DNA of 64,000 nt from the NCBI GenBank assembly GCA_951406725.2, contig OX597819.1:40238001-40302000 (forward strand), in the 5' to 3' direction. The position numbers and the translations under genes are program-made. Origin of the DNA: Octopus vulgaris. Lineage: Eukaryota. Each line of letters starts with the position of its first letter. The first letter of the stretch is position 1. Shown in pieces: positions 38,201 through 51,500 of the stretch. The notes below the pieces were generated by a model that was given only the letters and a program-made list of their open reading frames with translations, did not search any database and was not told the origin of the DNA.

Positions 38201-41200
38201 ACATAATTAATTCAAAACATAAATAAGTAAGCATTGAATATGACAAAGTAGCCTGAATGCTAAAGAGTTAAATGTTGTTGTATCCGGTCATAAACATGCA
38301 CGCACATACACACACAAGAAATGTATTGGTTCCTTTTAGTCAACAAAATTCCAAATTCAGTGCAGTTATCTGATTTACAGTTTTTATTCCAACTCCCTGT
38401 ACACTGAGTTCAGTTTTGCCATTCATTCTTTTGGGGGCCAATAAAAATGTCCCTATCCAGGGCAGTGAACTGATGAAACTATGAGAGGGTTTGGATGAGA
38501 TGCCTTGCAGTATCTCTTCTGGCTCTTTGCATTGTGACAGCAACACCTGTGGACAACACTGGTGCCAAGCAGAATGGGTCTAGCCTTTCCCCTTAGATAA
38601 ATAGGGATAGTGTGGAGACGGGAGACTTGCATGCATGGAGAACTGCTAGTCTTCTTCAAAATGATCTAGGTCGGACTGGGCCATAATGTACAATTGCATG
38701 GTCAACACTGACTGATAGAAGCCTAACACATTTAATAAAAAATTTTCTTTACAGCAACCTTATTAGATTGCATTTACTTCAATGTGACTTTAAAATGTAA
38801 AAAAGATTCCTTTATTGCTAATCTATGCATTTTATTTATCTTTACCAACAGCTGTTGATGATGTTGCTAAGAAGCAACAATGTCCATTGGCCATTTTCCA
38901 GCTTCTAGACAGCTTACTGTTAATTCCTGCTCGGGATTTACTTGTGTATGCTGACTGTGTGGTGGCTGCATTACCTTCCATTTTGAATGCTTCAGTTCCA
39001 CGTCGAGTCCAAGATCTAATCAAGAAAATTTGGTTCCGGTTACATGGTCTTATGCCTCGAAGGTAATTGTTTCACTTATTTCTTCAACCCTTTAGCATTC
39101 AGATTACTCCGTCAAATACAACACTTATTTATTCATATTGTTTTTATTTATTATGCATTATCTAATAACCTCTTAATCTTGATGGTGTTATTGCTTATTT
39201 TTAGAATGACATTGTAGGGCAGGTGTGAGAGGCCAAATCTAACTTGTTTCAACATGAAACATGTATAGTATATGGGTCAGATACAGATGGTTTAAATGCG
39301 AAAGTGTCAAATGAATTTCATACTGTGTGAATTTGTATCTTTCATTAAACTATGAACACAAACCTGGCCGTGAAGTAAAATGTTTGCTTTTCAGTTGTAT
39401 CGTTTTGTTGTTTGATTCCATTGTGAAGCATCTGAAGCAAGTATCAGGTCATCCTATAAGTTCTGTCCGATTTTACCTTTTCAAAAATTGAATGAAATTT
39501 AATAATATTTTAGAATGTCTAATGGAATTAAAAATTATTTTTATGTGTTTGGGTACATTTAAACTAATTAAATACAGAATAATAGAATTAAAATTTCTTT
39601 GATTAAAACCCTTTCTAACATGGTAGTATTCAAAGAGCAATTAAGGCACATAATGCTTTATGAGTACCAAAAAGGAAACTCTGCAGCCGAAGCGACTCGA
39701 AACATATATTCAGTTTATGGGAAAGAATGCTTGAATGAAAGAACTTGCAGAAGATGGTTTGCAAAATTCAGAAGTGGAGATTTCAGCCTTGAAGATGAAG
39801 ATTGAGTTTGATGATAAGCTCCTTGAGGCGTTACTTGAAGAAAATCCTCCATTATCAGTTGAAGAATTGACAATAAAGCTTAGTTCAAACCATGCAACTG
39901 TTCATCGTCATCTTCAACAACTTGGAAAATGGGTGCCTCATGAATTGTCTGAAAACAACCACAAATCCCGAGTTGATATCTGCTCTTCTCTCCATTCTTG
40001 CAAACTCATTTCACCCTTTTTTGGATAGACTTGTGACTGGTGACAAAAAATTTTATCTTCTATCGAAATGTTAAACGTTGTAAACAGTGGTTTGGTAAAA
40101 GGGAAAAAGTTCAACCACAACTGAGAAGGGAACTTCATGGAAAAAAGGTTCTTCTCTCTATCTGGTGAGATTGCAAAGGAGTAATTCATTTTGAATTGTT
40201 ACCACCTAATGCAACAATCAATGCTCAAGTCTACTGTCGGCAATTAGAGCGTTTGAACCAAGCTTTGAAGAAAAAAAGACCTTTTTTTAGTGAATCAAAA
40301 AGGGGTGATGTTTCATCAGGACAATGCGTGACCCCACACTGCAAAGATCACATTACAGAAGATCGAAAAGCTTGGTTGGGAAAAAAATTCCTCTTCCATC
40401 TTATTCTCCTGACCTTGCTCCTTCAGAATACCATTTGTTTCATAGTTTACAGAATCATTCGGGGCACATAACTTTCGCAAGCCAAGAGGAGGTTGGAACT
40501 GACATTTCAGAGTTCTTCGCTTTGAAACCAAAAGAGTTTTACATTGATGGGATTAAAAAGCTTGTAAATAGATGGAAGGAAGTCATAAATAATTAGGGAA
40601 AGTACATTGATGATTAAATATAACATTTGGTCACTTGTTTTCTTTAATTAAAATTCGGACAGAACTTATGGGATAACCTGATATTTTCGTACCATAGCCT
40701 TAGGTTAACTCAAGCCTTGTGAGTTAAACTGTGTTGTCAGAAACTGTACTGAGGTCCATTGGAGAGACCGTACAAATATGAAACAAATACATTCTATTTG
40801 TGTTAAGTGGTAAACTTAATCCATCTTTTGTTTTCAACACCACCATCTGGTAACCTGCATGCATTCAGACCAGATCTCTATTCTGAGGATAACTCACAAA
40901 TTATGGAATGCTAAGAGCCAGAACAGATGCTGCAAGGCATCTTTCCCAATATTTCAACAGTTCTACCAGTCCACTGCCCTGAATTGATACTCTTTTATTG
41001 ACCTTGAAAGGATGAAAGGTAAATTTGAACTCAGAGTACCAAGAGTACTCTGAATAAAATTACAGAATAAAAACTACAAGGCAGTCTATTCAGTGCTCTA
41101 ACAACTCTTATCAACTTCTTGCCTTGGCCTAAATATTTAGCTTCAGTTGTCAAATGAGGTAAACTAAACCAGCAAACCATTCAATGACATTTTAGAAGGA

Positions 41201-44200
41201 AAGACAAGTTTAATTCAAGTCTATCTTTCTTTAGTATTCAGATGATGGAGTAGAAATTACTGCATTTTTGTATTTGGTTTGCAAGATTCTTGTAAGATTT
41301 TTGAATTTGGTTTGCAAGATTCTTGATGTGAATTCATTTATTGAAACAAATGTTGTGTCTTGAGAGAGTCATTATGCTAATAGTAACACATGCACTGGTT
41401 CAATTCCACTTCTTTATTGTCAGTCAGTTGGTTAAATATCTAACCAACTAACTAATCAATCAATTGTTTAATGTGCTGGTTTAAACAGTTAATCAATTGT
41501 TTGTTAGTCAAAGTTCTGTTGTCGCCATTCGCGACCATTTTAGTGACTTAGTGACTTCCCTCTTTGCTCGGATGTCTGCAAGGTCTGTAAAGTTTTTTTT
41601 GTGGAGTCCAAGTTTCTGTGGAAGTTTAATGAATGAACTTCATGTGCTAGATTACTAACGATGTAGACATGAGTTCAACTCTTACTACAGCAATTGCAGT
41701 TTGTTCCTGAATAAAGCACATAATTTAATATCCGAAATCAAATTCGATGACTGGCATCTGTGCTAGTGGAGTGCTAAGAGTACCATCAGAGCATGATCTT
41801 TGCCAGAGCAATTAACTGGCTTCTGTGCTAGTGGCACGTAAAAAGCACCATTCGAGCGGGATCGTTACCAGCGTCACCTTACTGGCGCATGAAAAAACAT
41901 TCGAGCGAGGTCGTTGCCAGTGCTGCTGGACTGGCTCCTGTGCAGGTAGCACGTAAAAAACACCATTTGAGCATGGCCATTGCCAGTACCGCCTAACTGA
42001 CCCTCGTGCCGGTGGCCCGTAAAAGCACCCATTACACTCTCGGAGTTGTTGGCGTTAGGAAGGGCATCCAGCTGTAGAAACTCTGCAAGATATCAAGATT
42101 GGAGCCTGGTGCAGCCATCTGGCTCGCCAGTCCTCAGTCAAATTGTCCAACCCATGCTAGCATGGAAAGCGGACATTAAACGATGATGATGATCTCTGAC
42201 CTTATCTATATCAGGACAATTACCCACCTAGGACAATTCCCCCTGATGACAACTACCCTCTTGGTTAATTACCCCCTCTCCAATATATTAAGAAGTTTTA
42301 AATCATCATCTGTTGTCCTCAGGGGTAACTGTCCTTGGTGGGTTATTGTGCATGAGGGTGTAAATGTCCTAGACTCGACCTCATCACCTCTGCTGCCATC
42401 ATCTCTGACCTCATCAACTTTGACCTTATTACCTTTGACACTGTCACATCTGACATGGTCACCTCTAATCTTGTCACCAGTTCTTTAACTTATCCTTTAT
42501 TACTTCTGGTTGTTTCATTTTTTTGCTTTTTGTCATTTTACATTTTGCTTTGTTTTCTTTCAGGTTACGTCTCATGACAGTCAACGCTCTCAGAATCAAT
42601 CATAATGGTGTAAAATCTGCTGTCCCTGTATCAGAGAACGACATCACTGTCGATCCCCTAGTTGTTCTTCAGTGTGATAACCGAGTATTTAGGTAAGTTA
42701 GCTCTTTGTTATGGGGAATATCATCATCATTTTAACATTACACCTTTCTATGCTTGTATGGATCTCATGTTTATGGTATCACTGAAAATAGGGGTGTGAA
42801 GAATGTGATGTGGGGACTTTGGTTTTAATTTACATCTGCAGACCTATATATACTAATTATACATAATAATGTTAGAAGTTGATATTTACTGGTGTGTGTA
42901 GGTGTGCATGTGTGTGCCCATGTGTGTGTGAAAAGTTCCTGACTTTAAGAGTATTGTGAAAGGGCTGGTTGGAGGCCCAACCTTCCAAGTTCGTTTTACA
43001 GGGCTTAGAAAAACTGAAGGACCACTGCAATAAGTGTGTGAATCTGAAAGGGAATATGATGAATAAAATAATTAACTGATTCTCCTATATTTTCTTTTAC
43101 CCAAAGCTAGGAACTTTTCAACGTCCCCTCATATAATCAAATACAATTCCATCAGTGGTGTAATTGATGTCATGGGATAGGCATGAACTTCACAACTGAT
43201 TTTTCCTCTTCTCCTCTACAAAAACCTTAGTCTTTACACCTACAGTGAAACAGTACAGCGTGCCCCAACCAAGACCCTGTGGGAGTGAGACATAGCAAGC
43301 TATGTCTAGAAACGAGATATGATTAAAAACAACTGAACAAGATAAGCAAAGCGATATGATAAACAGCCTACACCAGTTCAATAGCCTTTCTGTTTTGTAA
43401 ATCTCTCACTGAATTACGAGAGCTAAAGTAAACAGCAATGGATACTTTTAATCATAAATGTAAAATAGTACTTCTATCTGAGCCATATGACGTTTTAACT
43501 GTCCTTCTGAATGAATTACACATATTGATGTCACAAGAGGTCAATACATTTAATGATTATGTAACAACAGGTGTGGGTTGAGCTTTTTATAAGCACGAAA
43601 TGTCAGAGTTATTAGATAAAAAGATGGGAAGTTGTGATATACATGCCTGTACATAGTAAAGTAATATGTGTGAAGCTTTGTTCGTATACTCCGATAAGGA
43701 ATCAGAAATCAGTCAGGTTGCATACATCTTCCACTGATTATATAATACTGATATATTATAAACCTATAATGGTAGGCGGAGGTATTGCTGCATGGTTAAA
43801 AAGCTTGCTTCCCAACCATCTCAGGTTCAGTCCCACTGTGTGGCACCTTGGGCAAGTATTTTCTACTTAGTGCCCCAGGCCAAATAAATCCTTGTGAGTA
43901 GGACAGAAATAGGTGTCTTGCAGTAGGGGAGGTACATGGCGACCTCATTTGGAAAAGGAGAGGTTGACAGTAGAGAGAGAGAGAAAGAAAAGGGTGAAGA
44001 TGTGTTGGGGTGCATACTCAAGTTACAGGGAAGGGTGTATAAAGTGAAGTGATACTGACTGAGGATTGGGTAGGGTGAGTGGGCAAGTAAGTTTGCAAGA
44101 GTGCAAAAGGAGAATGGGAGATGGTGGAGTAGAGAATGCAATGAGTGAACATGGGTGGAGGGAAGGGGGGTTAGGAAGATGAGTTGCAGGGAAGAGAGAG

Positions 44201-47200
44201 ACTTGTCAGGGACAAACCGTGTATGGGTAAGTTTGCAAGGTTACCTCAGACAAATTAGTAGATTTTTTAGGACATTGGAAAGAATACTTTGCAGTGTTTG
44301 TTCCAACTTTCTGCACACTTGAGTTAAAGTCCTGCCAAAGTCAACTTTGCCCAATATCTTATGATTATGTAAAACTTTGATATCTCTTAATCTTATGAAG
44401 CCTTGACATCATACTGAAAGAACATCTCAATTTTCATTGTAATTATGTTGGAGGGTTTATTTATTTATTTTTTTCCCAATTTTTTGGCTGTGTTACAAAG
44501 CTCTTCTAATGAGGCATAATTATCCAGTATCTGAGTTGAAACAACATGTAGTTGGTGATTATAAATGTTATTTGGAATATAGAATATTTAAATCATAAGT
44601 GATTAACAATTTTGTCAATATTTTTACAGATAATTTACATTCTTAGTTTACATCCAGCTGTAGTTAACTTTATCTTTCATTCTTCCAGGATTGATAAAAT
44701 TAAGTACTAGTCAGGAATTTGGGTTGGAAAATAATTGGCTATAACCCTGCCCAAACTTGAGGCATTATTTCTGTATTAGAGATCAATATTTTCATACTAT
44801 TCAGAACTGTTAGAGATTCTTAAGTTGTGAAAAGTGACTCCCCTGTTAAAAAGTTCCTTTCTAAGGTATTTATTTTCATTAAGATTGTTTTTCTAACTGT
44901 AAACATGTATAAAAGTAAATTAATGAAATTTTCATTAATAAAGCACAAGGCAGTGAACTGGCTGAATTGTTAGTGCATCAGATAATATGCTCAGTGACAT
45001 TTCTTCCAGCTCTTTTTGTTGTGAGTTCAAGTTCCATCAAGGTCAAATTTGCCTTTCATCCTTTCAGGATTGATAAAATAAAGTACCAGTCAAGTACTAG
45101 GGTAGATATAATGACATATCCTTTCCCCCCGAAAGCATTGATCTTGTGTCAAAATTAGAAAGAATTAATTAAATATATATACTTCTTAACCATTTAGCCA
45201 TGTGCTGGTATGGATTTGTGGTTAAGTACTTCACTACACAACTATGTTTCAAGTTCAGTCCCACTGAACAGTACCTTGGGCAAGTATCTTATGGCTCTGG
45301 AGTGCCCAATGCCTTGAAGGTGAATTTAGTAGACAAAATTTGGGAAACTGTACAAAGCCTGTGTACATATGTGTGCCTTTGCAAATGTTTACATTCTGTA
45401 GTTCTTCAAAAAATTGTTGAACTGCAGATGGTGACATTGTTGACATTTCCCTGTTGACAAATCATTCAGAAACTGGCACTAGGGAGGTCACCATTTAGCT
45501 CAAAATAGCTACTAAAATAACTTTGTCATTAGTAAGTTCTGCAGATCCTAAATTATTAAAAGAAGGGGACAAAAAGAGAACATTACATAGACCAAAAGGA
45601 GTTTCCAAATTCCTTAAAGTATTTCTTAAAACCCAAATTAAAAACAAGATAGATACCTAATATTTGTTTTATTTATTTAAAAATTTTTATTTTTGTTTTT
45701 TTCCTTTCAGATGCCCTCCTGTATTGGAAATCGTGTTACGGGTTCTTGAAGCTTACATACAGGCATGCCGGGTGTTTCTATCCAGTCATATAGCTTCACA
45801 TCCTCTCTTTGAGAACCCTGGTTTCAACAATGCTCAAGATCAGGACAAAAAGGACAAGGAAAAATTACTAGATAAAACTTCAGTTTCTTTAGAGCAAGAA
45901 AGAAAAGAACTGAAAAATGCTTTGACTTCTGCACAAGAAAGTGCAGTAGTGCAGATCTTATTGGAATGTTGCCTTAGACAACCAGATGAAATGGTAAGCT
46001 CGTGTTGAGGTTGTTTAATCCTTTCTCTGACTTGATTGAGCAGAACAATAGTTAAAAGGGTTCCAGTTATGGCTACCCTTGTCTTTTTCCGTAGTTTGAG
46101 CCAGGAGTGTCAAACATAGGGTCTGCAAGCTAGATCCAGCCACTGGCTCAATTTTATATTAAAAAAGAAATGTTTTTATTTTCTAGTTTAAAATATTTCT
46201 CATAATATATGTATTACTAGTTTGTGTTCAGTGTCGGAGCCCCACTAGAGCTATCATTAACAAAGGTTTTAATGAAATCCATGCACCTCAGGGAATCTTT
46301 TCATATCTCAACCAATGAAAAAGAAGCCTATGAAATGGAATGTACTTGTTTTCAAGTTTACACAAATGCTTATCCAAATGGATTTTAGTAAAGTGAGCAA
46401 TACTGGAAGATTTTTGCAGCTGAAACAGTGCAAGCTTTTTATCAAACATTGGTCTTAAGAACTGTGTGCATTCATTTGGACAATTTCTATCTCTGTTCTC
46501 AGTCATACAACTCTGTGTGTATGTGTGTGTGTATGTGTCAGTGTGTATACACATACACCATATGGATAAGTTTTTCTCACACACCTCTGCATACAGACTT
46601 TGCTAATACCTCATATTCATTCCTTTCTTAATTGTTGATGAAGTTGTTATAATGCAAATAGAACCCATTATCCATTTACTTTGGTCTATCTTATGAATAC
46701 GAGTTTTTAGGAATAGTTGCCCCTATTTCGCCCATGAGTGCTTCTAATGTTCACTAGTGGTAATATACATAGGCATTATAGGTAGAGAGATGTAATTATT
46801 CAAAGAGAATTGCACAAAAGACAAAAAGTAGATTTTAGTAGATTGTATACTAGACTACACTAGGTGTTTTACCCAAATCTAGTTTCCTACATTCCTGTCC
46901 ACAGTTTGATCCAGACACTCCATCTTCCTGGCATCAAGGTGCAAGAATTAGTCATAAACTGATATAAGTACCAATAATATAACTAATGTGAGAGTCCAAT
47001 TATACAACTGATTCTGTTTAATTACATAATTCAGTTAATTACAACACTTTAAAAACATTGAACCATTTACCATTAAATCTATGTAAAATTGACCTGTTAA
47101 TTGCATATACAAAACAATCACTTTTGGTTAATTGCATGATGCTATTTCAGTTATAAGGTAGCAAGCTGGCAGAATCATTAGCATGTTGGGCAAAATATGT

Positions 47201-48506
47201 CGCAGCATTTCATCCGTCTTTACATCCTGAATCAAGTGCCAGTCAAGTACTGGAGTCAATGTAATCAATTAGCCCCGCCCTGAAAATTTCAGGTCTCATG
47301 TCTATAGTAGAAAGGATAATACTATTCCAATTATGAATAAAATTTGGTATAATGTTGTACAAGATTGAACATTTGATTTGCTTTGACTACAGTTATTCTG
47401 GAAGTTTACATTTACAAGATAAGTTAAAATAACAGTAGTCAGTATTTTTGTTTACAAACAACCAAAGTCAAATGCTTCCAAGTTATTTTTATCATTCTAA
47501 TGGATTAAAACCCACGGCTTGATGCTGGTTCCACATAAAAAGCACTAGAGCTAGTGCCATGTAAAAGTCACTGGTGTTGCTGTCATGTAAAAACAGCATT
47601 TGTACTGGTGCCACATAAAAAGCACCCAGCACTCTCTATAAAGTGGTTGACATTGGGAAGGGCATCCAACCATAGAAATCATACCAGAACAGCTTCTATC
47701 AAACCGTCCAACCCGTGTCAGCATGGAAAATGGATGTCAAATGATGATAATGAAGCTGAGTTTCCAATGAAGCTGAGTTCAGATTCAGATCAAATTTTAA
47801 AAATTCCCATTTTCAATTATGTAATTAGGTTTACTCTTTTTTTTTTTTTACTCTTTTACTTGTTTCAGTCATTTGACTGCGGCCATGCTGGAGCACCACC
47901 TTTAGTCGACCAAATCGACCCTGGGACTTATTCTTTGTAAGCCCAGTACTTATTCTATCGGTCTCTTTTGCCGAACCGCTAAGTGACGGGGACGTAAACA
48001 CACCAGCATCGGTTGTCAAGCAATGCTAGAGGGACAAACACAGACACATATACATATATACGACAGGCTTCTTTCAGTTTCCGTCTACCAAATCCACTCA
48101 CAAGGCTTTGGTCGGCCCGAGGCTATAGCAGAAGACACATGCCCAAGATGCCACGTAGTGGGACTGAACCCGGAACCATATGGTTGGTTAGCAAGCTACT
48201 TACCACACAGCCTCTCCTGCGCCTATAAATAAATCTCCATTGTTGATAGTTTTGAATCAAGCAGTGAATACATGCTCATTTGTTCTCTTCATTATCAATT
48301 AAACTTGTCAGTGATCAGCTTCATTAAATTTTTATTAACAGGTGCAGACATGGCTGTGTGGTAAGAAGTTTGCTTCCCAACCCCATGGTTCTGGGTTCAG
48401 TCCTATTGTGTAGCACCTTGGAGTATTACAGTCCTGGGTTGACCAAATCCGTGTGAGTGAATTTGGTAGACAGAACCCAAAAGTACCCTGTCATACATGT
48501 ATATCT

Positions 48507-48539
<33 letters not shown>

Positions 48540-51500
48540 ACACCTTGTCTTGATATTACATGATAGTTGTAAATGATTGTCACTGTCGTATAATCAGTGT
48601 CATTCATTTCCAGCATACTGTGCGATGTCTTGCATGGAAACAGGTGAAGGTTGGCAACAGGAAGGTCATCCAGCCATAGAAAATCTGCCTCTCTAACCTC
48701 CATCCAAGCCATGCAGCACAGAATAGTGGATTTTATGATGACGATGATGATGATGGTGGCAGTGGCAGCAGTATGCTCCTTGTTGTTATTAAAGAATAAT
48801 TAGAAATGTGTGAATAGATTGAAGAATGTTAAAAGAATTTAAAATCTCATAAAATGAAATTATTGTCATGTCAATAAAAAAAAAAATAGCTTGAACAGGA
48901 CAGAACACAAATATATTAGGTTTACATAAAACATACTGTGAATAAATAGAAAAATACTTTTAGTTCTGTTTTCTTATATAATCTACACAAAATTAGCCTC
49001 AACATAATACCTTACAACTAATTATATATTGAAATCTCATAATTTATCATCTATTATCCAAATTTGGTTTATTGCATAAGAATGTCAATCACCGAGGGAA
49101 GCTCTGCATTTAAGAAGAATTAACTTTATTGTTTTACAATTCAAAAAAAATAGTAGTGAATTTCTATGTAAGTGTTAAGTTCAGTCTTCTACTTACCTGA
49201 AAGGTCATGCCTCATTTAAAAATCACATGATATCTAAATATTTCTTGTTCTACAGTTAAATGAACTAATCATCTTGTGATTAGTTCATATAACATCATCA
49301 TCATCATCATTAATGTACACTTCTCCATGCTTGCTTGGGTTGGATAGAATTTGTTATGGCAGATCTTTCTGTGGCTGGATTCTCTTCCTCTCACCAATCC
49401 TGATTTGTTTCCAAGCAAGGTAATATTTTCCCCCATGACTTCACCTGTTTTCACAGAAGACTGAAAACAAGGGACACTGTATGCATGATTGTGACATTCA
49501 TTCACAACTATCACATGAAGTCAAGGCAAAGAGACAGTAAGACACACACTCATGCAAACACGTATACATACATACATACTTACACACACATATACGTGCA
49601 CACGCAAGGGTCAGCTAAAAAGTTCCATAAGCTGACCAAGATATTCTCATGGATTGTGACCAAATGAGATTTATTTTTCACCATATTCCCTCTAGTAGTC
49701 CACACAGTGTTGCAGTGCTTGGATCCCATGTGAAGACGCTTTCTTTCTGTTAGTCAAGAAAAAAGTCATCAACAAGTATTTTTTTCATGTTGGGAAGCAT
49801 GATAGTCAGGAGAATAGGGTGGGTGACCATCCAGTTCAAAACCATAGTCATGCACAATAGCCATTGAAACCAAGGACTTGTATGCTGGAGGATTTCCCTG
49901 ATGAAACAAGACCCCTTTTCTCTGACCTTGTGTGTGTCTATCTACCTGTCTGGCTGTCTATCAATTAATCAATCATTCCTTCATACATTCATTTAATATT
50001 TTCAGAAAGAGACCAGTTTGCTATCAAATCTACGAGAAGTGCAGTGTTTGATTTGCAGTTTTCTTCACCAGATGTATATTGCAGATCCTAATCTGGCCAA
50101 ACTTGTACATTTTCAGGTAAACACATCTGTTTCTATGTTTGTTCTAAAAGCTCAGCATCCAAGAAGCGTTTCTCAACTACTTAGTATTAAATCTTTGAAA
50201 TGATAGATACAAATATTTCACTTTCTAATCAGTGGTACTGTTTACTGATTTGGACCCATATAGCAAATCTATTTTTTAACTCTTTAGCATTTAAACCGGT
50301 CATATCCAACGCAAATATACCGCCTGTTTAATGTTCAAGCAACCAGACCTGGCCTCTCACACCTATCCTACAATGCCATTTTAAAATAAACAATTAAATC
50401 ATCAAAATTTCAAAGCTCCGAGCTAATACATGATTAAGTTAAAAGACTTAATAAATATGCATTATATTTGAGAGACTAATTTGAATACTAAAGTGTTAAT
50501 AATATTAAAGTCATTTTTTGTAATTACATTTATATATATATATATATATATATATCATCGTTTAACATCCACTTTCCATGCTGGCATGAGTTGGATGGTT
50601 TTACTGAGGACTGGCAAGCCAGGAGGCTGCACCAGGCTCCAATCTGATCTGGCAAGGTTTCTACAGCTGGATGCCTTTACTAACACCAGCCATTCCAAAA
50701 GTGTAGTGGCTGCTTTTTACGTGCCACTGGCATAAGGGCCAGTTAGGCATCACTGGCATCAACCACGCTCAAACGGTGCTTTTTATGTGCCACTGGCATG
50801 GGAGCCAGTCAGATAGTACTGGCATCGATCACACTTGTATGGTGCTTTTTATGTGATATATCAATTTTTCTAAAGCTAGCACGTTTTGCTAATATAGGCA
50901 TTTAAATAACTTTTGTTAATATTGGATACACTTCTTGTTAGTAACAACATGGCCATGAAATAGGAATGTTATTTGTTGTCAACCAGGCATACAGTGACAT
51001 GCAAAATAGTGTATTTAGCTCAAGAGTTCAGTTCAACTCATAGCATCCATTGTTCTTTGTACCATCAAACCAACAATTCCAGGAAAAAAAAAAAATACAA
51101 AAATTTTATAAAATATGTAACCTATGTGCCTTTATTATTCATCACCTGGATCAGCCAGGCTGTCTGGTGACAAGTCGGCTCTGCTGGCCACAGCATTCAC
51201 TCCATTCCCCTCATGCTCTTGCCATTCTCCTCCACATTGTTCCAAACATTTTTCTTAAATCATCTTCCCACCTGATTGGAGGTCTTCTGCTCACATGGGT
51301 TCCACTTGACAACTGCATGGGTCTGCCAATTGTCTGTGACCCTTGCATCATGACTGGCTTGTCATAGCTTTGCGTGGGGGTATTCTGCAACTATGTCCTT
51401 CACTCTAGTTCTATCCCTGATCTCCTCATTCCAGGTTGATCTCTTAGTAAGATTCCCAACATCAACTTTTCCATGGCTCTCTCTGCCGTAAGCAGAGGAC

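Noticed and set aside
39599-40596. Domesticated SETMAR-like transposase gene
   Set aside because: Multiple frameshifts and stops, intact TIRs and no SET domain.
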